From assembly GCA_017416445.1 (NCBI GenBank), contig JAFQCJ010000019.1:13442-77441 (forward strand): DNA of 64,000 bases, read 5' to 3'. Source of the DNA: Oscillospiraceae bacterium (GTDB lineage Bacteria; Bacillota; Clostridia; Oscillospirales; Oscillospiraceae). The stretch's first letter is position 1. Each line of letters begins with the position of its first letter. Below, piece by piece: positions 1 through 9,523 of the stretch. The translations under genes and the position numbers were made by a program. The notes under the pieces are model-generated. The model saw nothing but the letters and a program-made list of their open reading frames with translations, was not told the DNA's origin and made no database searches.

Positions 1-47
1 TCAAACTCTTTCTCGTAAATATGCATACATTTACTCCTTCTTCGTCA

Positions 48-2042
48 TTACAGCAGGCCCATACCGCCGTTGATCAGCAGGAACACAGGGGCAAAGACCA
101 GAGACACGACGGTCATCAGCTTGATGAGAATGTTGATGGAGGGGCCGGAGGTATCCTTGAAAGGATCGCCCACGGTGTCGCCCACGACGGCGGCGCGATG
201 TGCCTCACTGCCCTTACCGCCGTGATTGCCCTCTTCGATGTACTTTTTGGCGTTGTCCCATGCACCACCGGCATTGGACATAAACAGCGCCATCAGCACG
301 CCGGTGACCAGCGCGCCGGCCAACAGGCCGCCCAGAGCACTGGTGCCCAGCACGATACCCACCACCAGAGGTGCCACCACGGACAGAACGCCGGGAACCA
401 GCATTTCGTGGAGGGCAGCCTGGGTGGAGATGGCCACACAGGAGGTATAGTCGGGCTTTGCCTCACCCTCAAGGATGCCGGGGATGGTGCGGAACTGGCG
501 GCGCACTTCCTCGATCATCTTATAGGCAGCCTTGGACACGGAGTCCATGGTAAGGGCGGAGAAGAAGAAGGGCAGCATACCGCCGATGAACAGGCCAACG
601 ATGACCTTGTAGTTCAGGAGGTCAATGCCGAAGTCAAAGAGCTTCACGGCCTCGGCATAGGAGACAAAGAGTGCCAGTGCGGTGAGGGCGGCGGAGCCGA
701 TGGCAAATCCCTTACCCATGGCCGCGGTGGTGTTGCCCACGGCATCGAGACGGTCGGTGATGTTACGGACATTCTTGGGCAGACCGGACATCTCGGCAAT
801 ACCGCCGGCGTTGTCGGCAATGGGGCCGTAAGCGTCAACAGCAACGGTGATGCCGGTGGTGGAGAGCATACCCACGGCAGCCAGTGCAATACCGTAGAGG
901 CCGTTGGACATGTAGGCACCGATAATGCCAACAGCGATCAGCAGAATGGGGATGGCAGTGGAGTGCATACCCACAGCCAGACCGGAGATGACGGTGGTGG
1001 CAGAGCCGGTCTCGGACTGCTGCGCAATCTTCTTGACGAAGCGGTAGTCGCCGGAGGTGTAGACCTCGGTGATAATACCGATGACCACACCCACAATGAG
1101 GCCAAAGATGATGGCAATAGCCGCTTTCATGTTGCCAAAGAACACCCAGCTCAGCACCAGTGCAGCCACGATGACAACAGCATTGGAGACATAGGTACCG
1201 GTTTTCAGTGCTTTATGGGGGCTGGCTTTCTCATCGCCCTTGACGAAGAAGCTACCCACGATAGAGGCGGCAATGCCGATGGCTGCCAGCAGCAGGGGGA
1301 AGACGGCACCGGTGATGCTGTAAGTCACCGCGCCGAGGGTAATGGCGGAGACAATGGAGCCCACATAGGACTCGAAGAGGTCGGCACCCATGCCGGCCAC
1401 ATCGCCCACATTGTCGCCCACATTGTCGGCGATGGTAGCGGGGTTACGGGGATCATCCTCAGGGATACCGGCTTCCACCTTACCCACCAGGTCGGCACCT
1501 ACATCGGCGGCCTTGGTATAGATACCGCCGCCCACACGGGCAAACAGGGCAATGGAGGAGGCACCCAGGGAAAAACCGGAGAGCACATTGGCATTGCCGG
1601 TGATGAGGTAGATGAGACCGCAGCCCAGCAGGCCCAGACCCACCACGCACATACCCATAACGGCACCGCCGGAGAAGGCGATAGACAGGGCTTTGTTCAT
1701 GCCGGAATCCTTGGCGGCAGCCGCGGTACGGACATTGGCCTTGGTGGCCACATTCATACCACAGTATCCGGCAAAGGTGGAGAACACGGCGCCCACCAGG
1801 AAGGCGATAGCAGTACCCCAGCTGATGCCGAAGCCCACCACCACGAACAACACCACCACAAACACCACAAGGATCTTGTACTCAGACATCAAAAAAGCCT
1901 GGGCACCCTCGTGGATAAAGGCGGCAATCTCCTTCATTCTGTCAGTTCCTGCGTCCTGCTTGGAGACTTTGCGGGAGAGATAAAACGCAAACAGCAGCGC
2001 AATCACACCCAACACAGGCGCAAGGATAGCAAGCTTATCCAT
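48..2042 (-). CDS. hppA: Membrane-integral ion-translocating pyrophosphatase, K+-dependent type (probably Na+-pumping)
   Basis: 664 aa polytopic membrane protein with [36 protein letters not shown] and [10 protein letters not shown] motifs. GNTTAA (Ala rather than Lys) marks the K+-dependent subfamily. Confidence 0.95.
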   Translation of the reverse strand: MDKLAILAPVLGVIALLFAFYLSRKVSKQDAGTDRMKEIAAFIHEGAQAFLMSEYKILVVFVVVLFVVVGFGISWGTAIAFLVGAVFSTFAGYCGMNVATKANVRTAAAAKDSGMNKALSIAFSGGAVMGMCVVGLGLLGCGLIYLITGNANVLSGFSLGASSIALFARVGGGIYTKAADVGADLVGKVEAGIPEDDPRNPATIADNVGDNVGDVAGMGADLFESYVGSIVSAITLGAVTYSITGAVFPLLLAAIGIAASIVGSFFVKGDEKASPHKALKTGTYVSNAVVIVAALVLSWVFFGNMKAAIAIIFGLIVGVVIGIITEVYTSGDYRFVKKIAQQSETGSATTVISGLAVGMHSTAIPILLIAVGIIGAYMSNGLYGIALAAVGMLSTTGITVAVDAYGPIADNAGGIAEMSGLPKNVRNITDRLDAVGNTTAAMGKGFAIGSAALTALALFVSYAEAVKLFDFGIDLLNYKVIVGLFIGGMLPFFFSALTMDSVSKAAYKMIEEVRRQFRTIPGILEGEAKPDYTSCVAISTQAALHEMLVPGVLSVVAPLVVGIVLGTSALGGLLAGALVTGVLMALFMSNAGGAWDNAKKYIEEGNHGGKGSEAHRAAVVGDTVGDPFKDTSGPSINILIKLMTVVSLVFAPVFLLINGGMGLL

Positions 2043-2115
2043 ATTGTTTGTTCCTTTCTTTCTTCTGTTCCTTTTCCGTTAGTTCAGCCTGTTTGAACTG
2101 ATTCTAAACATATAT

Positions 2116-2144
2116 ATTCTAGTACAAGGGCGCTAATATGGCAA
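2116..2144 (-). promoter_or_regulatory. sigmaA-type promoter of hppA
   Basis: Minus strand TTGCCA-17 nt-TAGAAT. Confidence 0.65.
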
Positions 2145-2217
2145 GAAAAACTGTTGAAAAACACGCTATTTTGAAAAGATAATTTTTTCACAACATGAAA
2201 ACATATATAAATAAGCG

Positions 2218-2253
2218 AAAAACGGGAAACTTCTTTAAAAAGTTCCCGTTTTT
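2218..2253 (-). terminator. Intrinsic terminator downstream of the DUF1622 gene
   Basis: aaaaacgggaa...ttcccgttttt inverted repeat with A/T flanks. Confidence 0.6.
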
Positions 2254-2310
2254 CTCCCAAATGTTTGGAATGTTTGATTCGATCTGTATCTTTGTTTCAA
2301 AAGTCTATTT

Positions 2311-2652
2311 TTATCCGCATTTTTCCTCACTGTCGCCATGGGAGTGCTTCATCTCAAAGTGGATAAGGAGAGAGAGCAGGGCACGCAGTGCGATGACTAC
2401 CCCCAGCACCAACAGCTCGTGGAGGTCACGGATCAGCACCGTTTTCAGAATCTCAGCAGCCATCTTGAACTCCAGACTCAGCGCAAGCCCCTTGGCCAGG
2501 TGGAACTTGACATCACAGCTGCTTTTGGTAAAGAGGCTGCACATATATTTCCAGAATGCACCCAGCACCGACACCGCCACCACGGCGATTCCCATCAGTT
2601 CACAAAGGGGGATCAAGATCTCCAATACAAATTCCACAATATGCTCCAACAT
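2311..2652 (-). CDS. DUF1622-family small membrane protein
   Basis: LAKGLALSLEFKMAAEILKT and LGVVIALRALLS motifs; three hydrophobic segments; GAGGAG RBS before the ATG at 2652. Confidence 0.8.
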   Translation of the reverse strand: MLEHIVEFVLEILIPLCELMGIAVVAVSVLGAFWKYMCSLFTKSSCDVKFHLAKGLALSLEFKMAAEILKTVLIRDLHELLVLGVVIALRALLSLLIHFEMKHSHGDSEEKCG

Positions 2653-2822
2653 AGTGATTTCTCCTCTTTCGTTTTCTTTTCTGATATTATACGCCTCCGC
2701 TCTCTTTTTTGGAAGTGACTTTGGCAACAGTTGCGCGGTTTTTGTTGTACTTTTCCGTAACCGTGTGATATAATGACCGCAATTATTCTTCCCCCATCTC
2801 CGTGTGGGAAAAGGAGGCGGCT

Positions 2823-4496
2823 ATGCTGCACAATAACTCGACTCTCTCCTGGGATATCTATCCCCGACCCCAGTTACAGCGCAAAAGTTATGTAAACTTG
2901 AATGGCCGGTGGGATTTCGCTGTTTCTTCCCATAGTGACTTCCCTCCCCAATATGATACCGTCATCACCGTCCCTTACTGTCCGGAAAGCACCCTGTCCG
3001 GCTTGGAAGTAACGGTAAAGCCGGGTAGTTATCTCTTCTATCGCCGCACACTGACCCTTCCCGATGGGTTTGTCCACGGACGGGTACTGTTGCATATCGG
3101 CGCCGCCGACCAGGTGTGTGACATTTATGTAAACTCCCACTTTGTCGGACATCACGAGGGCGGCTATACCGCTTTCACCACAGATATCACCGAAGCGCTG
3201 CAGGAGGAGAACACCCTCGTCATCCGCTGCTATGATGATCTGCGGGACACCTCCTTTCCCTACGGCAAGCAGAGCCTGAAGCGAGGCGGTATGTGGTACA
3301 CACCCGTGTCCGGCATTTGGCAGAGCGTGTGGCTGGAGAGCGTACCGCAGCAGTACATTGCGCATCTGGATATCCACACAGACATGACCTGCGCCACTGT
3401 CACCGTCTCGCCGCCCCTGACAGGCGTGGTGCGCTGCGAGGGGGTGGACTATCCCCTCGAAAACGGCTGCGCCGTCATTACTCCCGCCCAGCCGCAACTG
3501 TGGAGTCCCCAGCACCCCCATCTCTACGACTTTACCGTGGAGACAGCAGAGGATACCATCCAGAGCTACTTTGCCCTCCGCACCATTGAATGCAGGGAGG
3601 TCAATGGCATCCCCCGCCTGTGTCTCAATGGGAAGCCCTACTTCCTCCACGGCCTTCTTGATCAGGGCTACTGGCCCGAAGGCATCTACACCGCCCCCTC
3701 CCCTCAGGCATATGCCTCGGATATTCTCGCCATGAAGCGTCTGGGTTTCAACACCCTGCGCAAGCACATCAAGGTGGAGCCGGAGGAATTTTACTACCAG
3801 TGCGACAAGCTGGGCATGATCGTGGTGCAGGACATGGTGAATAACGGCGATTACTCCTTCCTCCGCGACACGGCCCTGCCTACGGTCGGCCTGCAAAAGC
3901 TGGATGACCGCCGTCTTCATCGCGATAACATCACCCGCCGTCGCTTTTTCGACTGTATGACCGAGACGGTGCAGCAGCTGCGCAACCACCCCTCTATCCT
4001 CTGCTGGACGATCTTCAACGAGGGCTGGGGGCAGTTCGATGCCGACAGCGCCTACGATACACTGCGGGCACTGGATTCAAGCCGCATCATCGACGCCACC
4101 TCCGGCTGGTTCCGCCGCCACAAGAGCGATGTGGACAGCCGCCACATCTATTTCGGCCCCTGGTCTCAGCTGAAAAAAGGGGACGGAAAGCCGCTGTTCC
4201 TCAGCGAATTCGGCGGCTATGCCTGCGCTGTGGAGGGGCATCTCTTCAACCCCCAAAACGCTTACGGCTACAAGACCTGCACCTCTGTGTCTGACTTTCA
4301 GACACAGATCGAAGCCCTTTACCGCCGCCGCATCCTCCCCGCTGTGAAAGAGGGCCTCTGCGGTGCCATTATGACACAGGTCAGCGATGTAGAGGACGAG
4401 ATCAACGGCTTCCTCACCTATGACCGCGCCGTGGAAAAAGGCGATGCAGAAACCATGCAGCGTCTGGCACAAGAGCTGCAGAAATCGATCCAATAA
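2823..4496 (+). CDS. Glycoside hydrolase family 2 (beta-galactosidase/beta-glucuronidase-like)
   Basis: YPRPQL, LNGRWDF, HEGGYTAF, SGIWQSVWLE, LDQGYWP, RKHIK, NEGWG (acid/base) and SEFGG (nucleophile). AGGAGG RBS. No signal peptide seen. Confidence 0.9.
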   Translation: MLHNNSTLSWDIYPRPQLQRKSYVNLNGRWDFAVSSHSDFPPQYDTVITVPYCPESTLSGLEVTVKPGSYLFYRRTLTLPDGFVHGRVLLHIGAADQVCDIYVNSHFVGHHEGGYTAFTTDITEALQEENTLVIRCYDDLRDTSFPYGKQSLKRGGMWYTPVSGIWQSVWLESVPQQYIAHLDIHTDMTCATVTVSPPLTGVVRCEGVDYPLENGCAVITPAQPQLWSPQHPHLYDFTVETAEDTIQSYFALRTIECREVNGIPRLCLNGKPYFLHGLLDQGYWPEGIYTAPSPQAYASDILAMKRLGFNTLRKHIKVEPEEFYYQCDKLGMIVVQDMVNNGDYSFLRDTALPTVGLQKLDDRRLHRDNITRRRFFDCMTETVQQLRNHPSILCWTIFNEGWGQFDADSAYDTLRALDSSRIIDATSGWFRRHKSDVDSRHIYFGPWSQLKKGDGKPLFLSEFGGYACAVEGHLFNPQNAYGYKTCTSVSDFQTQIEALYRRRILPAVKEGLCGAIMTQVSDVEDEINGFLTYDRAVEKGDAETMQRLAQELQKSIQ

Positions 4497-4529
4497 AAAA
4501 ATTCCCGACCCTAAGGTCGGGAATTTTTT
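4495..4529. terminator. Bidirectional intrinsic terminator between GH2 and the acnX operon
   Basis: aaaaaaattcccgacc-ctaa-ggtcgggaatttttt. Confidence 0.85.
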
Positions 4530-4537
4530 ATTGGAAG

Positions 4538-4984
4538 TTAGCCGTCCACTTCTACGGTGCCGTCTTCCTTGACGGTGATCATCATACCATCCTTGACATA
4601 GGCAAGGAACTCCTCGCCCAGAGAATCCACCACAGGCATGGTAACGCCCTCCACCCACACATCGGCCAACACTGCACCGGCGGCAGCCAGCGAGTCGATA
4701 GGGTTGGCAAAAAGCATACAGGCGGGGTTCTTCTTCAGGGCGCAGGCACAGTACAGCACCAGACCGCCGGTGGTGGAGCCGATGGTCTGCGGCAGGCACA
4801 GCGCCTTGTTGATAAGGGGTTTGCCGTGAAGTTCGGCGTTGTTCTGGTCACTGCACTTGACCTCTTTGTCGCCAAACTGGAGGGGCATCTGGAGCGATGC
4901 CAGGGTATTGAAGCCCTGTGTGGTAACAACAGCCTCCGCCGTCACCGTACCGGGGGTAATCACTCTGCCTTTAAACTGTTTCAT
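4538..4984 (-). CDS. Aconitase X small (swiveling, DUF126) subunit
   Basis: FKGRVITPG..AEAVV, HGKPL.NKAL, PQTIGST (conserved Ser), DSLAAAGAVLAD, KDGMMITV. ATGA overlap with the upstream gene. Confidence 0.85.
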   Translation of the reverse strand: MKQFKGRVITPGTVTAEAVVTTQGFNTLASLQMPLQFGDKEVKCSDQNNAELHGKPLINKALCLPQTIGSTTGGLVLYCACALKKNPACMLFANPIDSLAAAGAVLADVWVEGVTMPVVDSLGEEFLAYVKDGMMITVKEDGTVEVDG

Positions 4985-6261
4985 TCGGCGTTGCCTCCCT
5001 TCGTGATAGCCTGCAGGATCTGGGCATCGGTATAGTAGCGGGCACTGGTGTAGGTCCGCAGCTTGTTGGAAGAGGTGATGACCGGCATCTTCTTGCAGAG
5101 AGGATTGTTCATGTACATCAAGGGGCAGATATAGGAGGTGATAATGCCCGTGGCCTTCAGACGGGGGGCGTACTCCGTCTTTTCAAAGGCCTCCAGCACC
5201 TTGGGAGGTGCAGTGAACACAGTGGGGATAACCACCTTCTTGTTGCCGCTGTCCTTAAGACCCTGCTCTACCTTCTCCGTCCAATCCTTCAGCTGCTGCA
5301 AAGACAGATGGGGGCATCCCACAAAGCACAGCTTGGGCTTGGCATCGGGATTCTTCCAGATGACAGGATAGTTGTCCTGCACCCGCTGGAGTTCGGCATC
5401 ATCGATGATGTACTCCTTGGCTCCCTCCACGATGAGGCTCTCACCCAGTTCCACGGCCTCGGGAGTCAGCTTGTCGATATGGTACAGGCCTACTGCACCG
5501 TTGGAGGCGGTGGCGGCACCGAAATCCTTGAGATAGGCGCAGGCAGCATCGTCCAGCTCGGTACCCAGCCACTTGTCCAGGCCCACCACATAAGGTACAT
5601 CCTCCATCACCTTCATGCCGATGGCAGAGCCGAGAAGCTGTGCCTCAGGCTTTTTGGTGGTGGCAATCTTTACCACCCAAGTAGCCTTGCGTCCCTCGTC
5701 GGTCAGGAGGCCAAAGTAGGGCACATAGCCCACAATAGAACCCATGATATCAATGATACCGGAGTTGCGGTTGCAGCGGGCACCCAGCACGGAGTTGGCA
5801 TACACCACGGCGCTGGACTCCGCCCAGCTGAGCACTTCGCCCTTTTGGGGCTTGTTGCCCACCTCATCCATGTAGCAGGCGCAGGTGAAGGCATCTTCAT
5901 CCAGCAGCCCCAGTTCCATCAGCTGCTTTTCATAGAAATCCTGCTTGGTGTACATAAACTTGTTAAACACGAAATTCTGCAGGAAGTTGGCAGGGACATT
6001 CTTATCCAGCGGACGGGGATCAACCGAGAACTTCTGCCCCGAGGCCACGCCTGCATCCAGCAGCTGCTGCATCAGGTCGTACACGGGGGCCATGACTTTC
6101 AGTCCGAAGGAGGTGACCAGATGGTTATACTTTGAGGTGATGGGCACCAGCTTTTCTGCACCAAAAGCATCGCCGTACATCACCAGCGTTTTCAGTACCT
6201 TGGCCAGGGTCTCACCCTTTTCGCCGTTTAAGATGGCTTGCTGTTCAGGGGTCAATACCAT
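4981..6261 (-). CDS. Aconitase X large (catalytic, DUF521) subunit
   Basis: MVLTPEQQAILNGEKG N-terminus, TCACY, AESSAVVYANSVLGARCNR, FGAATASNGAVGLYHI..LTPEA, GCPH, ICP and TSSNK. Three candidate Fe-S Cys ligands are present. Confidence 0.88.
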   Translation of the reverse strand: MVLTPEQQAILNGEKGETLAKVLKTLVMYGDAFGAEKLVPITSKYNHLVTSFGLKVMAPVYDLMQQLLDAGVASGQKFSVDPRPLDKNVPANFLQNFVFNKFMYTKQDFYEKQLMELGLLDEDAFTCACYMDEVGNKPQKGEVLSWAESSAVVYANSVLGARCNRNSGIIDIMGSIVGYVPYFGLLTDEGRKATWVVKIATTKKPEAQLLGSAIGMKVMEDVPYVVGLDKWLGTELDDAACAYLKDFGAATASNGAVGLYHIDKLTPEAVELGESLIVEGAKEYIIDDAELQRVQDNYPVIWKNPDAKPKLCFVGCPHLSLQQLKDWTEKVEQGLKDSGNKKVVIPTVFTAPPKVLEAFEKTEYAPRLKATGIITSYICPLMYMNNPLCKKMPVITSSNKLRTYTSARYYTDAQILQAITKGGNAE

Positions 6262-6280
6262 AGTTGTGTTCTCCTTTCGT

Positions 6281-8350
6281 TTACAGCTTCATGCACACAT
6301 CCCATGCGCCCCAGATAACGCTGCGGAGATTACCCACCTTGTTGGCATCACCGATCACATGGATGTGTTTGTCCTTCTGTGCTACAGGGGCGGGCTTATA
6401 GCCCACGGAGAGGATGACGGAGTCGGCCTCCAGGGTAGAGAGGTTACCCTCCTTATCCTTGATAGTCACGGTACCCTCGCCAATCTCAGTGACACCCGTC
6501 TCCAGATACACAGGCACTTTGTTGGCCTCGAAGAAGTCACGGAGGAAGCTGGTGTTGGCAAGGCAGACACCGGGGGTGACAATAAGGTCGTCCATCATCT
6601 CCACGATTTGAGGCTGCTTACCCTGCAGATACAGCTCATAGGCGATCTCGCAGCCGGTGAGGCCGCCGCCGATGATGACCACCTTCTGGCCCACAGCCTG
6701 CTTGCCCAGCAGGAAGTCCACAGCCTGAATGGCGGTATCGGCACCCTTGACAGGAATCTTGTTGGCGGTGGCACCGGTGGCCACGATGACCTCGTCGGCG
6801 CCGAGGGCATTCACATCGGTAACAGGGGTATTCAGCTTCACCTCGATGGGATACTTGGTCAGTTCCCGGCGATACCAGGCGATGAGTGCCTTATCCTTTT
6901 CCTTGAAAGAGGGGGCGGCAGCAGCGATGAACACGCCGCCCAGCTCGCCGGACTTTTCATACAGCGTCACCTTATGGCCCCGCTTGGCGCAGACAAGAGC
7001 TGCCTCCATGCCGCCGATGCCGCCGCCGACGATGGCGATGTTCTTCACCTTCTTGGCAGGCTTGATGTAGTGCTTGGTGGACTGCATGGTCTCGGCGTTG
7101 ATGGCGCAGCGGGCAAGACCCATGGTATCCTTCAAGTCCTGGGTATTATAATGACCCTTGGAAGAGGAGAAATTGAAGCAGCCGCTGTGGCAGCAGATAC
7201 AGGGACGGATATCCTCCAGACGATCCTCCAGCAGCTTGGTGATCCACTGGGGGTCAGCAAGGAACTGACGGGCCACACCCATGCCGTCGATCTTGCCTTC
7301 GGCAATGGCAGCAGCCGCCACATCCGGCTCCATACGGCCGGCACAGACTACGGGAATATCCACAAAGTTCTTGATGTGGGCCACATCGTCCAGATTGCAG
7401 TTCTGAGGCATATACATCGGGGGATGTGCCCAGTACCAGGAGTCATAGGTGCCGTTATCGGCGTTGAGCATATCGTAACCGCAGTCCTGCAGATACTTGG
7501 CAGCACGCTCAGACTCGGCCATGGCACGACCCATCTCCGGCGCATCGTCACCGGGGACGATACCCTTCTGGAACCCCTTGAGCTTGGACTCCACGCTGTA
7601 GCGCAGGGATACGGGGAAATCGTCGCCGCAGCTCTCCTTAATGGCCTTCACCACCTCGGCAGCAAAGCGATAGCGGTTTTCAAAGCTACCGCCGTACTGG
7701 TCGGTACGCTTGTTAAAGAACTCGATGGCGAACTGGTCCAGCAGATAGCCCTCATGGACCGCATGGACTTCCACACCGTCCACACCGGCATCGCGGCAGA
7801 GCTTGGCGGTCTTGGCAAAGGCCTCGATGATCTCGTGGATCTGATGTACCGTCATCTCGGGGCAGATGATGTCGGGAGCCCAGCGGGCAGGCTGGGCACT
7901 GGGAGAGGCCAGCTCGTGGGAGGTGTCGAGGATGGGCTTCAAAATGGCGCGGGTAAACTTGTTCTTATGCAGAGGGCCCACCAGTTCCGTAATAGCCCAG
8001 CTGCGACCCATACCGGCGGTAAGCTGGACAAAGAGTTTGGCGCCGGTCTTGTGGATCTCGTCCATAAAGACCTTCAGTTCCTCGAACATTTTGGGGTTCT
8101 GCCACAGCCATTTCCCCCAGAAGGTGTCGCGCAGAGGGGCAATGCCGGGAATGATGAGTCCCACATTGTTCTGGGCACGCTCCAAAAACAGCTTCGCCGC
8201 CTCCTTATCAAAGTGGCAGCCACCCAGTTCGAACCAACCGAACAGAGAGGTGCCGCCCATGGGACACATGACGATGCGGTTCTTGATCTCCACATTGCCT
8301 ACCTTCCAGGGAGTAAACAATGCCTCGTACTTCTTATCAACAGTGTTCAT
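6281..8350 (-). CDS. Old-yellow-enzyme-family FMN/FAD/[4Fe-4S] enoate reductase (2-enoate reductase/FadH-like)
   Basis: LFTPWKVGNVEIKNRIVMCPM, GVEVHAVHEGYLLDQF, NKRTDQYGGSFENR, CICCHSGC-X23-C cluster motif, two GxGxxG Rossmann motifs (GGGIGG, GGGLTG). AAAGGA RBS before the ATG at 8350. Confidence 0.9.
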   Translation of the reverse strand: MNTVDKKYEALFTPWKVGNVEIKNRIVMCPMGGTSLFGWFELGGCHFDKEAAKLFLERAQNNVGLIIPGIAPLRDTFWGKWLWQNPKMFEELKVFMDEIHKTGAKLFVQLTAGMGRSWAITELVGPLHKNKFTRAILKPILDTSHELASPSAQPARWAPDIICPEMTVHQIHEIIEAFAKTAKLCRDAGVDGVEVHAVHEGYLLDQFAIEFFNKRTDQYGGSFENRYRFAAEVVKAIKESCGDDFPVSLRYSVESKLKGFQKGIVPGDDAPEMGRAMAESERAAKYLQDCGYDMLNADNGTYDSWYWAHPPMYMPQNCNLDDVAHIKNFVDIPVVCAGRMEPDVAAAAIAEGKIDGMGVARQFLADPQWITKLLEDRLEDIRPCICCHSGCFNFSSSKGHYNTQDLKDTMGLARCAINAETMQSTKHYIKPAKKVKNIAIVGGGIGGMEAALVCAKRGHKVTLYEKSGELGGVFIAAAAPSFKEKDKALIAWYRRELTKYPIEVKLNTPVTDVNALGADEVIVATGATANKIPVKGADTAIQAVDFLLGKQAVGQKVVIIGGGLTGCEIAYELYLQGKQPQIVEMMDDLIVTPGVCLANTSFLRDFFEANKVPVYLETGVTEIGEGTVTIKDKEGNLSTLEADSVILSVGYKPAPVAQKDKHIHVIGDANKVGNLRSVIWGAWDVCMKL

Positions 8351-8384
8351 ACGCCATCGATCCTTTCTTTTGTCTCCTGTGAGG

Positions 8385-8432
8385 TTGTCAATAGTATGAA
8401 AATATTGTACTACTCCCCTTTTCAAAACGCAA
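8385..8432 (-). promoter_or_regulatory. sigmaA promoter of the enoate reductase-acnX operon, with an adjacent Rex-like box
   Basis: TTGCGT-17-TACAAT on the minus strand (8432-8404). Imperfect 18-bp palindrome TTGTCAA-tagt-ATGAAAA at 8385-8402. Confidence 0.55.
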
Positions 8433-8472
8433 GAAGAATCCATTTTTCTCCGTATATTTGATATAATTATAC

Positions 8473-8509
8473 AAAAAAGAACGGGCAAGGTCAGCACCTT
8501 GCCCGTTTT
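8473..8509 (-). terminator. Intrinsic terminator of the xpaC-telA-TPM operon
   Basis: aacgggcaagg-tcagca-ccttgcccgtt stem followed by a T-run on the minus strand. Confidence 0.8.
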
Positions 8510-8520
8510 CTGTTTTGCTT

Positions 8521-9495
8521 TCAGCGTCTGCCGCCGCGGAATCCACCGCCGCCAAAGCCGCCGCGACTGCTGCGGCCTCCGCCGCTGCTGCGGCGCACAC
8601 TGCTGCCGCTGCGGCGACCACCACTGAAGCCGCCGCCGTTAAAGCCGCCGGTGGGGCGGTTATTCATGGGACGGGACTGGTTGGGACGGGACTGATAACC
8701 GCCGCCTACAGGAGGGGGAGGTGCCGCGGGACGGGGACGGGCAGGACGGTAGAGACTGCGTCCCCAAAAAATGGGATAGTACCTCACCGGTGCCACGATG
8801 CCGGGGATGATATACCGGCGGCGATAGCGGGTATAGCGCACGCGGTCAAAGAGCACCCATACCACGAAGATCATGAGAACGAGGAATATCACACCCACGA
8901 TGCCGCCACCGGCCTCTTTTCCATGGTCCACCGGCGCATACCAGTCTCCGCCGCTGGACCAACCACTCTTATGGGCAGGGTCAACCTGTCCATAGAATAC
9001 ATCGGCCTGACGGAAGAAGGCTGTCACCGCGCCGTCGAAATCGCCGTCATAATAGGTCTCATCCAGCGCCTGGCGCAGCTTTTGCTGCTGATAATCCTGC
9101 ATCACCGCGCCCACATAGTCGCCCATATAGACCTGCCAGTCGCCATTCTCTACCAGCACAAGGATCATGTCGTTTTCTCCGAGGCCCCACTTTTGACCCA
9201 AAGCCGCAGCGTAGTCCTCGCCATCCCAGCCGTTCAGGCGCTCCACAGTGGCCACTGCCACCACGGCATAATATTTCTCATCCCAGGCGGTATTGTACTG
9301 TGTCACCACCTGCTCCGTGGCGTGATCCAACAGTTCTGCCTCGTCGCAGATCCACTGGCGGTACTCCACAGGCAGTAACTCTGTAGGTTCCTTGGCGAGA
9401 AAATGCTCCTTGCGCAGTTGTCCCAGGAACACAGCGGCTGCTATGGCCAGCACCACAGCGATGATGCCCACCACGCGGTTTGTCGATAATTTCAT
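8521..9495 (-). CDS. TPM-domain (DUF477/YgcG-like) membrane protein with Pro/Gly/Arg-rich C-terminal tail
   Basis: N-terminal TM; ICDEAELL, VVAVATV, LGQKWGLGENDMILVL and YYDGDFDGAV TPM signatures; second TM; GGFGGGGFRGGRR tail. Confidence 0.8.
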   Translation of the reverse strand: MKLSTNRVVGIIAVVLAIAAAVFLGQLRKEHFLAKEPTELLPVEYRQWICDEAELLDHATEQVVTQYNTAWDEKYYAVVAVATVERLNGWDGEDYAAALGQKWGLGENDMILVLVENGDWQVYMGDYVGAVMQDYQQQKLRQALDETYYDGDFDGAVTAFFRQADVFYGQVDPAHKSGWSSGGDWYAPVDHGKEAGGGIVGVIFLVLMIFVVWVLFDRVRYTRYRRRYIIPGIVAPVRYYPIFWGRSLYRPARPRPAAPPPPVGGGYQSRPNQSRPMNNRPTGGFNGGGFSGGRRSGSSVRRSSGGGRSSRGGFGGGGFRGGRR

Positions 9496-9523
9496 AGCGT
9501 TACCCCTTTCAAGGAGTGTTCTC

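Noticed and set aside
4538-6261. Archaeal-type mevalonate pathway or hydroxyproline catabolism
   Set aside because: No UbiD/UbiX, mevalonate kinase, proline racemase or pyrroline-carboxylate reductase genes in the operon or window.
6281-8350. Calling the reductase BilR, BaiCD/BaiH or FadH
   Set aside because: It lacks the BilR HGDR motif, has no bai genes nearby and has an atypical Fe-S spacing; substrate cannot be assigned from sequence.
8515-9378. Ala-rich plus-strand ORF
   Set aside because: Antisense shadow of the Gly/Arg-rich tail of the TPM gene.
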